Shown: piece by piece, positions 30,107-39,110 of the stretch
Position numbering within the stretch: position 1 is the stretch's first letter
Layout of the letters: each line of letters starts with the position of its first letter
Virus record (IMG/VR): IMGVR_UViG_3300005683_000013
Length of the DNA: 64,000 nt
Reading direction: 5' to 3' (one strand)
From: an uncultured virus (IMG/VR IMGVR_UViG_3300005683_000013)
Lineage: Duplodnaviria; Heunggongvirae; Uroviricota; Caudoviricetes
Made by a program: the position numbers and the translations under genes
Notes under the pieces: generated by a model
Database searches by the model: none
Seen by the model: the letters and a program-made list of their open reading frames with translations, nothing else
What the model was told of the DNA's origin: nothing

Positions 30107-31196
30107 ATTCATCTCCGATAAAATAAACAATTTGTTGTCGATCTGTAGTTAGTATGTGTCTAACTTTGTCTTTACATTCTTCAATCAAATCATTTGTTTT
30201 ATAACAAAATTGACTGGTTGCAATCCTGATGACAGTGAATCCTAAAGCTGTTGCACCGACGTTTAATTCAATATCTTTTGCTTGCACTAAAGGTAATTGA
30301 TTCCATTTTTCAATATTATGAAAATGAATATGACCGTCAAATTCAACAATTATATTGTGTGATTTTGACATGACATCAATTTGACGAATTTGAGTTTTTG
30401 TAAAATGAAAATATTCTTTAGAACGTAATCGTTGATTTCCTTTAAAATCAAATGTAGGAAATTCAAGTTTCAACCATTTCACAACAGCTTTTTCAGGTTT
30501 TGTCGTTCTTTTTTGTATCAGCTTTGATATGCATTTTTCAAAAAACAAATCAGGATCTTTATTTCTCCACTCTTCAAGTTTTTTCATGCGAGCTTCGAGA
30601 ATCTCAGGTCTAGCTGATGTTATTTTCGCTGTCTCAGACGCAACTTTTCTACCAATATCAGATTGGGCCCACATAGTAATTGTTTCTTTGGCAAGTTTAG
30701 ATCGACGGGCACGTTCGACAGGATTTGACATAATTGCTTCAGAAACAACTTTTCCCATTTTTTGACGATATTCTAAAAGGTCGTCACCTGATTCTTTTGC
30801 TCTAACAATCCAATTACCGTTAATGATATTACAAGATTTGTAATTAGATTTTGTAGAAACACACATTACTGGCGATTGATATCTTTCAAGATATTGTTCT
30901 TTTGTTAGTGAATGCTCTAGTCGTATATGAGCAGTAATTTTTGTGCCAGCAAATTGACATATTTTACATTCAATATAATCTATTCCTTCTATTCCATTGG
31001 GCCAGCAATCAACGATATGTTCTTTGTTCGTGTAAATTGGATTGACATAGCCCGGTGTGTTTCTTATCCACTTACCACATCTGTTGCAACGATATTTGAA
31101 GAAATTACGGTTATTGACAATTTGCGTCGTAGTATCTCGTAAAGAGGCAACATCTCCTTCGTCTCTATCGTTCTGAACTTGTGATCTATCGTGCAT
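30093..31196 (-). CDS. Homing endonuclease, Vsr/DUF559-like, with Zn fingers
   Basis: TKPE, QIDV, VEFDGHIHF, VIRI. Confidence 0.8.
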   Translation of the reverse strand: MHDRSQVQNDRDEGDVASLRDTTTQIVNNRNFFKYRCNRCGKWIRNTPGYVNPIYTNKEHIVDCWPNGIEGIDYIECKICQFAGTKITAHIRLEHSLTKEQYLERYQSPVMCVSTKSNYKSCNIINGNWIVRAKESGDDLLEYRQKMGKVVSEAIMSNPVERARRSKLAKETITMWAQSDIGRKVASETAKITSARPEILEARMKKLEEWRNKDPDLFFEKCISKLIQKRTTKPEKAVVKWLKLEFPTFDFKGNQRLRSKEYFHFTKTQIRQIDVMSKSHNIIVEFDGHIHFHNIEKWNQLPLVQAKDIELNVGATALGFTVIRIATSQFCYKTNDLIEECKDKVRHILTTDRQQIVYFIGDEYDKH

Positions 31197-32014
31197 TGAA
31201 TGATTTCTCCAGTTTTCATCTTGAGTTCAACAATTGGTTTTTTGCCATTAGAGTGAACAGCAAGAACCTGAACATAAATTTCCGTATTTGTTTTTTCATC
31301 ACGTGATTTTACGAAATCACCAATTTGTACGTCTTTGATCATTTTTTGTGTTTGCACTAAGCCTTCATTTGTCATTTCATAAGTGTCAATCAACGATTCG
31401 TGATGTAAACAACGATTAAATGCGTATCCTGACAGAAATGCAATTTTCTCATAAAGATTTTCTGCAACTGATTTTGCATATCCATTTTTCATTGCACCTT
31501 CAACAAAGTCGATTCTTAACTGATCAACTTTTGCTTTTGCTGCGTCGCCTCCTGAAATAGATCGTTTCATAATTGCTCGGCGGACCTCGTCGCATTTATC
31601 TTTGGCAAATCCTCCGACGTGTTCGGCGAGCGCCATGACGCCCTCTTGAAAAATTAACATTCCTTTTGTTTTTTCCAGGATTTTGTTAATGCGTTTATCA
31701 CCCCAGTCATATTCTTTGCCAGCGACAGCGTCCAACCAAATTTCGTCAATCTTTGCTGCCAAAGGCCCTGGACGATAAATTGACGTAAGAACTGCTATAT
31801 CATCAATGCTATTTGGCTTTGATCTTTCAAAGAATTTCTGAGCGCCTCTACTGGTGCACTGAAAAATCCCACACCATTTTGCTTGGTGATAAACGTTCTT
31901 ATATACTTCTTGATCGTCAAGGTCAATCTTTCCCACACGCATGTGCTGATCAAACCATTGCCGAACGTCATCGAACCCAACGTCATTTGTTTTTGTGATT
32001 TTTGAAGGTTTCAT
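31064..32014 (-). CDS. dnaE: DnaE fragment 4 with C-terminal IntN (31064-31411)
   Basis: GIFQ, IYRPGP, IFQE, GYAFNR/CLHHES...CTIDHKF. Confidence 0.92.
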   Translation of the reverse strand: MKPSKITKTNDVGFDDVRQWFDQHMRVGKIDLDDQEVYKNVYHQAKWCGIFQCTSRGAQKFFERSKPNSIDDIAVLTSIYRPGPLAAKIDEIWLDAVAGKEYDWGDKRINKILEKTKGMLIFQEGVMALAEHVGGFAKDKCDEVRRAIMKRSISGGDAAKAKVDQLRIDFVEGAMKNGYAKSVAENLYEKIAFLSGYAFNRCLHHESLIDTYEMTNEGLVQTQKMIKDVQIGDFVKSRDEKTNTEIYVQVLAVHSNGKKPIVELKMKTGEIIQCTIDHKFRTIETKEMLPLYEILRRKLSITVISSNIVATDVVSG

Positions 32015-32078
32015 GTTTTTTCTTGAATGATAGACAACTATGTTTGACAGTATTCAACTATCACGGAATTTTCAACCA

Positions 32079-32249
32079 TTGACACTCAGAACCGCCGCAA
32101 CAATTGCCGTATGAACTAGTGATAAATTGTCATAAGAATTATCTACCACCGTCACGTGATGGCAAGTGATGATTCAATGATCGAAGCCTTGGACGCTGAC
32201 GCATTTGACGTACGTTTTATCAAATGTCCCTCGTTGACACTCAGAACCG
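32079..32249. repeat. 16-bp direct repeat TTGACACTCAGAACCG (32079-32094 and 32234-32249)
   Basis: Exact match read from the sequence. Confidence 0.9.
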
Positions 32250-32295
32250 TCAATTATGTCGTTGATGGATTCACCGTCCAGGACGTGAAAACGGT

Positions 32296-34017
32296 CTATA
32301 TCACACTCGAGAGGGTTGATTCTTGGGAAGAAAGTGAGAGATTCTTCTCAAAGATAAAATTTGCGCAGCCACCGATTTTATCGTATCCAAGGGAACTATC
32401 ATGTTGCACAGAATTTTTTAATTCTGTGCAAGACATATCAAATTTATCATGATGATCTGTCCACCACCAATTTGGTGACGTAGTTTCAACTAATTTGAAA
32501 TCTGAAAAAACATAATCATTATTTTCTAAATTCATTCCTAATCTAGAGTCTTGAATCACACGAATCTTTCGTACTGTATTTTTATGACACCAATCTTCAA
32601 TACGACTTATAAGTTTTGCAAAACCACCTGGAATTGATGCAAATAAACCTGTCGCATATTGTGCTATTTCAATACATGTAGAGTCTGTATTTGACGTTTT
32701 TACTGAAATAGCACATACGAGTTCATCATCGTAAATAAGACCTAACGTAAATATTGATTCTACGAAATCATCAAGATGACAATTTTCAAAAAACATTTCA
32801 GCTATATCCTGAGATATTTCCTCAATAGAACAACGTTCAACGTCAATGATTCGAAGTGATTTGTTCAAAACCGATGAAATAATCGACTTAACAACTTGTG
32901 GTTTATTATACCATTCATCATCATAAAATTGCAATAATCGTATTCCATTTTTAATTGCAAATTGACGTTTCATTTCATGATATGTCAAAGAATTTGCACA
33001 CTGAATTTCTGAATGATAATAAACACCATTGCATTCAATGGCAAGACGTTCTGTTGGAATGTGAATGTCAAGTTCATATCCATGTTCAAGTTGATCTCTA
33101 ACATTAAAATGAACGTTAAACCCAAGATCTAAAACGTATTGTCCAACTTCTTTTTCCCATATTGACGTCGAAGCATTTGGCTTACAAATACAATATGGAT
33201 CATTTGACACTTGACCAACAGTGTACCTTACAACTCGACCACATGATTTGCATGTTGACGTAGTCATTAATTTCAGTGCAGCTGCGTAATTTTCTGGATA
33301 GGGATCTAACATAACATCCCAATTATTTACTTGACTTATCAGATCATTTAATTGTTTGATTGATAATCTAGTGTGATTGTGAATCAATCCTTCTTGAAAT
33401 CTACGTTTGCGTGTTGCAGACAGCTTGTTAATCCATAATTGTCTATTTTGACCTTTTGTCCAATGCATACCAGATTTTAATGCTCTTGATATTGATTCTC
33501 CTCGTTTACGAATTCTTTCATCATTTTCGCTTGTCAAACCATAAGACCAATGAAGTTCACCTACGTTTTTGCCAATCAACGATAAAGAAATTTTACGGAG
33601 ACGTTCGTCAGTTTCTTTAGTAAGACCTTTTGACCATGATGGAATGTGTAATTCTTTTTTAGTCTTACTCATCTTCACGGTGCCAATTGCAATTGATTCG
33701 TTAGTTTCTTTTGTTAATCCATGATTCCAAGCAGGTTTGTAATTTTCCCTACGTGTTTTTGCAATTTCATTGATTGCTGTGATTTTATTACATCTAGAAC
33801 ATCTTAAATCGTAACCAGTATCATATCCATTCCATCGTGTCTCTTTACCACAATTACAATAAACTTGCGGCGCTAATTGAAGACGTGTTTCATCACCATT
33901 GATTTGATGTTGTTTAGAATTATGTAAAATAAGAGACAATGCACTTTTTACTTTTCTATCACAAATAGAACATCTATCAGGAATACTAACTTTTCCCGTT
34001 GTTTCACGGTAGATCAT
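32296..34017 (-). CDS. Hef-like homing endonuclease with NUMOD-type repeats
   Basis: WNHGLTKETNE/WSKGLTKETDE/WSYGLTSENDE repeats; ELDIHI, AIECNGVYYHS, DDEW. Confidence 0.8.
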   Translation of the reverse strand: MIYRETTGKVSIPDRCSICDRKVKSALSLILHNSKQHQINGDETRLQLAPQVYCNCGKETRWNGYDTGYDLRCSRCNKITAINEIAKTRRENYKPAWNHGLTKETNESIAIGTVKMSKTKKELHIPSWSKGLTKETDERLRKISLSLIGKNVGELHWSYGLTSENDERIRKRGESISRALKSGMHWTKGQNRQLWINKLSATRKRRFQEGLIHNHTRLSIKQLNDLISQVNNWDVMLDPYPENYAAALKLMTTSTCKSCGRVVRYTVGQVSNDPYCICKPNASTSIWEKEVGQYVLDLGFNVHFNVRDQLEHGYELDIHIPTERLAIECNGVYYHSEIQCANSLTYHEMKRQFAIKNGIRLLQFYDDEWYNKPQVVKSIISSVLNKSLRIIDVERCSIEEISQDIAEMFFENCHLDDFVESIFTLGLIYDDELVCAISVKTSNTDSTCIEIAQYATGLFASIPGGFAKLISRIEDWCHKNTVRKIRVIQDSRLGMNLENNDYVFSDFKLVETTSPNWWWTDHHDKFDMSCTELKNSVQHDSSLGYDKIGGCANFIFEKNLSLSSQESTLSSVI

Positions 34018-34933
34018 TCTTCGTCTCCATGGGTATCATGATATCTGATTCCTCTGTGAGTTCTGATGCCAGAACCCACTGATTATCTTCAAGTTTTACG
34101 TAAACGTTAGACAGCAGCCTGTGTAGAGAGCCGTCAAGACTAATTTCTACGATACCCGTTCTTTTTAGCATAGTTTCAATGGTTTTCTCCACTATTCTGA
34201 GAGTCTCAAGTCCTAGAATGTCAAATTTTACGAAATTGCCTACCTTCTCGCAATGTTTGTAGGAAACGCCTTCTACAAATGGGCTTTGTGGTTCACCTTT
34301 AGAGGTGATGAGAGGCATCTTTTTCATCAAATCGTCACATACCAAAACTCCCCCCGCGTGTCGTGACAAACTTCGGTTTTGTTTGAATAAAACCTTGATC
34401 GACTCACCGACATGTGGATACTTTGCAATGAATTCTCGATATGATTGACTATATTGTATCGCCTCATCATATGTCAACACAAATAAGTTCTTGTCATCAC
34501 CGTGTTTTGTCACTGCCTTTCTGACATCTTGTTCGACGGTTGCTGTTGCAATGTTGACTTCATCAAACGGCAACCCATAAAACTTAGAGATGTCTTTCGT
34601 AAGAGACTTTAGTTTTGTTGTGTTGTAGTTTGAAATTGGCACGACGTTTGTGTTGCCGAATTGTTCTCGCATGACATCAAGGATCTTATCACGATCAGAG
34701 ACATCAGTGTCAACGTCAGGCAGACCGACACGATAGACTGAAAGAAATCGACCGAAAGGAAGATCCCACTCAATTGGGTCAAGGTCTGTTATATCAAGAA
34801 GATAATTGATCAGAGAACCACACCCAGAATTATGAACACTTATTCTTTCAACATTGTACGTATGACTGTTTTGAACAGTCAAATCAACTACTTTGCCCTT
34901 GTGTTGAATCGAAGTGCTCTTTATTAATTTCAT
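34004..34933 (-). CDS. dnaE: DnaE fragment 3 (catalytic palm) with N-terminal IntC (34829-34933) and Hint-like tail
   Basis: SVHN/SGCGSL, PDVDTD, RHAGG, KFDILGL. Confidence 0.92.
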   Translation of the reverse strand: MKLIKSTSIQHKGKVVDLTVQNSHTYNVERISVHNSGCGSLINYLLDITDLDPIEWDLPFGRFLSVYRVGLPDVDTDVSDRDKILDVMREQFGNTNVVPISNYNTTKLKSLTKDISKFYGLPFDEVNIATATVEQDVRKAVTKHGDDKNLFVLTYDEAIQYSQSYREFIAKYPHVGESIKVLFKQNRSLSRHAGGVLVCDDLMKKMPLITSKGEPQSPFVEGVSYKHCEKVGNFVKFDILGLETLRIVEKTIETMLKRTGIVEISLDGSLHRLLSNVYVKLEDNQWVLASELTEESDIMIPMETKNDLP

Positions 34934-35873
34934 GATATTGATATGCCTTTTTTTGAAATTTTTTCAGGTCTTTATCTAACAGAACAATATAATTCATATT
35001 GCAATTTTTACAAAATTGCTCTAACGCACTTATTTTTGCAGCAAACGTTATCGGAGATAAATCGATCCAGCGTTGACCCTTTATTTCATAAACATTTTGT
35101 TCTATGACAAAATCAGGATAATATCGTCTTGTTTTATTCGATTGTGGATCGTAATATTCAATTCCTTCATGAATTTTATCAAATCGTTCTATTTTTACAT
35201 GTGGATTAGCTTCAATTTGACTTAAAATAAACGCTAATTCTAACTTAGAGTCATACCTGACACTTGATTCAAATACTCCTACATGTTTATATTTTCCTTT
35301 GCCTCGAATACGAGATCTAAACTCCTGATCATTTATCCATTTATCACGCATTACACGTGACATGTTATCTCTATATGCTTGTGAAGTCACCATTTTACGA
35401 TGTGATTCTAACAATCTTTCTCGATTGTTTGCCCACATTGCTTTAGAATTTTCACGATGTTTTGCTAGTGTTTCTGGTCGATGTTGTGCAATTTTTTGTT
35501 TTGCAACCATATTAACACGCCAGGCTTCATCACGTTGATAGTATTTTACATAACACTTTGGACATACTTGAACACGATGTTTTCTAAGTCGCATCGATCT
35601 TGCAAATGTTATGTAAATTACCTGACACCGCTCACATCGTATTTGTAATGGTTTTTTTGTCGAATCTATTCCCCAACGATATTCATCCCATGTAAATCCA
35701 ATTTTAAAATCAACGTTAGAAAGTGTCGCTCGTCTAGCAAACGTTTGCTCATTTTTTAATTGTGGTAACAACTGTAACAATCGTTGCCAACAAGATTGTG
35801 TGATAATAAGTGAATTATCAAGTTCTATTTCACGTTTAATGATACTAATTTCTTCTTCAGTAAATTTTGCCAT
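34884..35873 (-). CDS. Homing endonuclease, TnsA-N-like PD-(D/E)xK
   Basis: YDSKLE, YYPDF, YEIKG. Confidence 0.8.
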   Translation of the reverse strand: MAKFTEEEISIIKREIELDNSLIITQSCWQRLLQLLPQLKNEQTFARRATLSNVDFKIGFTWDEYRWGIDSTKKPLQIRCERCQVIYITFARSMRLRKHRVQVCPKCYVKYYQRDEAWRVNMVAKQKIAQHRPETLAKHRENSKAMWANNRERLLESHRKMVTSQAYRDNMSRVMRDKWINDQEFRSRIRGKGKYKHVGVFESSVRYDSKLELAFILSQIEANPHVKIERFDKIHEGIEYYDPQSNKTRRYYPDFVIEQNVYEIKGQRWIDLSPITFAAKISALEQFCKNCNMNYIVLLDKDLKKFQKKAYQYHEINKEHFDSTQGQSS

Positions 35874-35891
35874 ACCTTAGTAGGTATGGCA
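35868..35891 (-). promoter_or_regulatory. Hairpin sequestering the endonuclease start codon
   Basis: TGCCATACCT-ACTA-AGGTATGGCA, perfect 10-bp stem containing the ATG. Confidence 0.7.
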
Positions 35892-35901
35892 CGGGGGTCA
35901 G

Positions 35902-37095
35902 CTAAACTTCTACAATATCGTCGTCTTCAGACAAGTACTGTGCTTGAACCCAACCACGATTACGAGTTAAGAATTTATGATCTTTTGTACAACGAATTAT
36001 TTTCCCATTTTCAAACTCAAGTTCTAAAATATCTTCATCAACATCATAATGATGTGTCGCAGTAACACCTTGATTTTCTCCATAAGCGTCAACAACAATA
36101 TCACCAACTTGAATATCAACAATTGACTTGTAATTTCCAGATCCCATTAACACTTTAGTTTCTGGTGTAAAACAGCCTCTTCCTGGACCAATCAGCGCCA
36201 CACCTCTGCCTAACTCAATGATTTTTGCAAGCGTGACGAAGTATTCACTGAACTTCATTGAAGTGATAACGTTCAATTCTTCTTTTAGACGATCAACGTA
36301 TTCTTTTTTGGTATGCAACCCACGTTTCTTGAGACCTTTGACACACATCTTGATGAGCCAAGAGTCACCAGATTCTTCTTCTGGAACGAGAGTCTTCGGC
36401 AATTTAATGCTCATGTCAGGCTTAACTTCACCGATAACATGATGAGCAATGTCATGTGTTCTTTCAAGAGCATCGCAGATCAAATCATCATCTTCATCGC
36501 CTAGACCACATGTTTCCTTGATCTTGAGATACTCGTCCCACATTTGTGTGGCATTCTTTGGATACAACTCACACTTCAGCTCGTCTTTTGATTTTGGCAG
36601 ACTGTCTGGAGAGTAAGTCTTGTAGTTCATGAACCCTAATTTCTTATAGAGCTCACGTTCACGCCAGACGTTTGGATTGTAATAGTGTGCATCACAAGTC
36701 ACGTTAAGTTGTTGTGTCAGACCATTACGTTTTGCAAACTCAATGATTGAAGCGTTGATCAAGTGTTGGGCACCGAGCTTATTGAACTGAAGCTCAAGGT
36801 ATAGATTTTCTTGTCCAAACACATCAACAAGCATACCGTATGCATTGCCAACAGCATTGACACATGCTTCTTTAATGACGGGATCTCTAAATAGATCATA
36901 ACTGATGTCATCAAACTTGTAATTCTTCAGTGTTTGAAAGATGTTGAATCCAGGGAGTCCCGCGAGGCAATTATGAACCAACAACCCATTAGCGAAGAAA
37001 CAATGAGTGTCTTCTACGGTTATATCATAAACATCAGAAACTTCTTCAATTTCCACAATTTCTTCAACTTGAACAAAGTCTTGAAACATATTCAT
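35902..37095 (-). CDS. dnaE: DnaE fragment 2 with IntC (36970-37095) and IntN (35902-36174)
   Basis: GLLVHN/CLAG; YLELQ, CDAHY; GPGRG/CFTPET...CTKDHKF. Confidence 0.93.
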   Translation of the reverse strand: MNMFQDFVQVEEIVEIEEVSDVYDITVEDTHCFFANGLLVHNCLAGLPGFNIFQTLKNYKFDDISYDLFRDPVIKEACVNAVGNAYGMLVDVFGQENLYLELQFNKLGAQHLINASIIEFAKRNGLTQQLNVTCDAHYYNPNVWRERELYKKLGFMNYKTYSPDSLPKSKDELKCELYPKNATQMWDEYLKIKETCGLGDEDDDLICDALERTHDIAHHVIGEVKPDMSIKLPKTLVPEEESGDSWLIKMCVKGLKKRGLHTKKEYVDRLKEELNVITSMKFSEYFVTLAKIIELGRGVALIGPGRGCFTPETKVLMGSGNYKSIVDIQVGDIVVDAYGENQGVTATHHYDVDEDILELEFENGKIIRCTKDHKFLTRNRGWVQAQYLSEDDDIVEV

Positions 37096-37996
37096 CTAAA
37101 AATCCTTCTTGATTTATGTCAAGTTCCCACAAAATATCAACCTTATAACCTAAACTTACAGCGTAGGATACTTTTTGTTCATCTTTTGTCCATTTGTCTT
37201 TTGCTTGAATTGTGCCATATGGAAATTTTACAAATTGATCTTCAGTAAAAACTCTCGGATCTAGATGCCAATACGTCCCATTTATTTCAATAATCAAATT
37301 GAATTTTTCGATGAATATGTCATACGAATATCTTCCACATTGAAATTGTTGTTTGCATGTCAAACCACATTTTTCAAGCTCAACACAAACTTTTCTTTCT
37401 AAGAGAGAAACGCCAGTTCTCATTGAAAGCAATCCTTTTAAGCCTCTATTTCTACTGAGTTCGCTTATACAAGATTGCGCTTCATCAGAATTTTTATAGT
37501 TAGTAAAACTTTTTGAAAACGGAGAGTTAGATTTTCGATATTCTAGTGCTATTTTTTCTGATATTTCTTTATCGTGTCCTAATTTTTCGTAATACTCTGG
37601 AGTGTTTTTTGGGTTGTAGTGTTTCCAAGTTTTTCTAAGTGATGATGTTTTTGCAGCGCCTATTTTCGATCGATGATTTATGTCAGATCTAATATCATCG
37701 ATCGAAAATGTAGCAGGATATTTGAATTGAACTTTGATTTCTTGTGGTAATTTCAAATATTTTTTATTATCGTGTTTGATATTTTTCGCTATCAACAGAC
37801 TTCTAATGACATTTTTACTAAATTTATATCGATTTGCAATTTCTTGGTAATCTCTATAAATTAGATCTGCCAACATTGATTGACAATAATGTTTGTCTTC
37901 AGACAAATGTTTCAAACATTCCAATGTCAATCCAGCGGCGCTTAAATCAATAAAAAATTGTTCTCTTGCTTTTAGCAATTCTTTTGAAGCTGGCAT
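37064..37996 (-). CDS. Homing endonuclease, Vsr/DUF559-like
   Basis: SLLE, YSYDI, IEINGTYWH, LWE. Confidence 0.82.
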   Translation of the reverse strand: MPASKELLKAREQFFIDLSAAGLTLECLKHLSEDKHYCQSMLADLIYRDYQEIANRYKFSKNVIRSLLIAKNIKHDNKKYLKLPQEIKVQFKYPATFSIDDIRSDINHRSKIGAAKTSSLRKTWKHYNPKNTPEYYEKLGHDKEISEKIALEYRKSNSPFSKSFTNYKNSDEAQSCISELSRNRGLKGLLSMRTGVSLLERKVCVELEKCGLTCKQQFQCGRYSYDIFIEKFNLIIEINGTYWHLDPRVFTEDQFVKFPYGTIQAKDKWTKDEQKVSYAVSLGYKVDILWELDINQEGFLDEYVSRLCSS

Positions 37997-37997
37997 G

Positions 37998-38035
37998 TGA
38001 GTACTCCACCAACATAAGTATCAGTGGAGTACTCA
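37998..38035 (-). promoter_or_regulatory. RBS-sequestering hairpin with late-promoter-like loop
   Basis: TGAGTACTCCAC-TGATACTTATGTTG-GTGGAGTACTCA, 12-bp stem immediately before the ATG. Confidence 0.75.
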
Positions 38036-38039
38036 GTTA

Positions 38040-38954
38040 CTATACTGATAAAATTTTATGTTCTTTAGTAAGGAATTGAGCCTCAATCCATCCTTTATCA
38101 GTGTAAACTTTATGATCTGACGTTAGCTTAATTGTTTTTCCATTTTTCAATTTGATTTGAAGTAATTTTGCATTTTTGCGTGTACAATCACCCCAAACAA
38201 TTTTTTTGAAACACACTTTATTTTGATTTGTGTCATAAGACAAAGTGAATACTTCTTGTCCACTGTTCAACTTATTGATTACGTCAATAATTTTCAAAGT
38301 TCCAAAATTAGTAACAAGTAAAGAATCCGGATGTAGACATGCCGTGCTGGCGACAACGTTTCCTTTAGTTATCGTCTCCTTGATCATACGAACGTCCATA
38401 CGAGGAAATCGATAGTATCCTTCAAGGAAGCTCTTTGATGTCAAATAGAAAAGTTCTTGAAGACCTTGATCATTCTTTGGCAGAAGAACAAGGTGATGTC
38501 GTCGATTGAGTGGATTGAAGTGTTTGGTGCTCTTGCTTTCGTCCTCATCCTCAATTGTCAACGCATTCTTTGATTCAATATCAACAACATCATCATTATC
38601 ATCACTTGTTATAATAAGTTCTGTCTTGATCTTTTCTTTGTTTTTCTTGCGTTCTTTTTCAACAAGTTTGTCAGACTCTGACTTGAGTTTTTCCATTCGC
38701 CAATCATCAAGGTTGGGATGAAAATACGCCTCAATTCCAGGAAGATATTTGAATGTCTTTCCTGATTTTTTCCAATCTTGAACAAGAAGTTGGGCATGCG
38801 CATATGAGTTGAAATTGCCGTGTTCAGTGATTGCGTGTGCATCAAGACCGTTTTCAAGGCACCACTTGAAATGTTCTTCTGGATAACCTAGACCGTCATA
38901 TGGTGAGAACGTGGTGTGATTATGAATGCTAACAAACTTTTTGGGTGTGCGCAT
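38040..38954 (-). CDS. dnaE: DnaE fragment 1 (PHP domain) with IntN (38040-38339)
   Basis: HNHTTFSPYDG, ITEHG, GIEAY, HLVLL, ASTA/CLHPDS...LTSDHKV. Confidence 0.93.
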   Translation of the reverse strand: MRTPKKFVSIHNHTTFSPYDGLGYPEEHFKWCLENGLDAHAITEHGNFNSYAHAQLLVQDWKKSGKTFKYLPGIEAYFHPNLDDWRMEKLKSESDKLVEKERKKNKEKIKTELIITSDDNDDVVDIESKNALTIEDEDESKSTKHFNPLNRRHHLVLLPKNDQGLQELFYLTSKSFLEGYYRFPRMDVRMIKETITKGNVVASTACLHPDSLLVTNFGTLKIIDVINKLNSGQEVFTLSYDTNQNKVCFKKIVWGDCTRKNAKLLQIKLKNGKTIKLTSDHKVYTDKGWIEAQFLTKEHKILSV

Positions 38955-39110
38955 GGAATGACTTTCCCTTTGACTTTTAACTTATATTAAAGGTTACTGT
39001 TTTACAATCGCAGACATTAAACGACACAACGCTGACGCTAATCAGCGTTTGTCAAATTGTTGTTTGGAGATAGATCAGTGATAACTCTGAAATACTCACC
39101 AAGATCTAGA

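Noticed and set aside
32079..32249. CRISPR array
   Set aside because: Only two 16-nt copies 155 nt apart and no cas genes
32156..32452. Plus-strand 98-aa ORF
   Set aside because: Antisense overlap with the endonuclease, no recognisable motif
32015..34160. Group I or II intron spanning the dnaE 3/4 junction
   Set aside because: No group I P7 elements seen on the sense strand; CGGTTCTGAG resembles a domain V end but has no matching 5' arm. Not formally excluded without a covariance search.
38955..39110. tRNA or ncRNA in the spacer upstream of dnaE
   Set aside because: Two hairpins but no cloverleaf or T-loop; terminator plus promoter is enough to explain it
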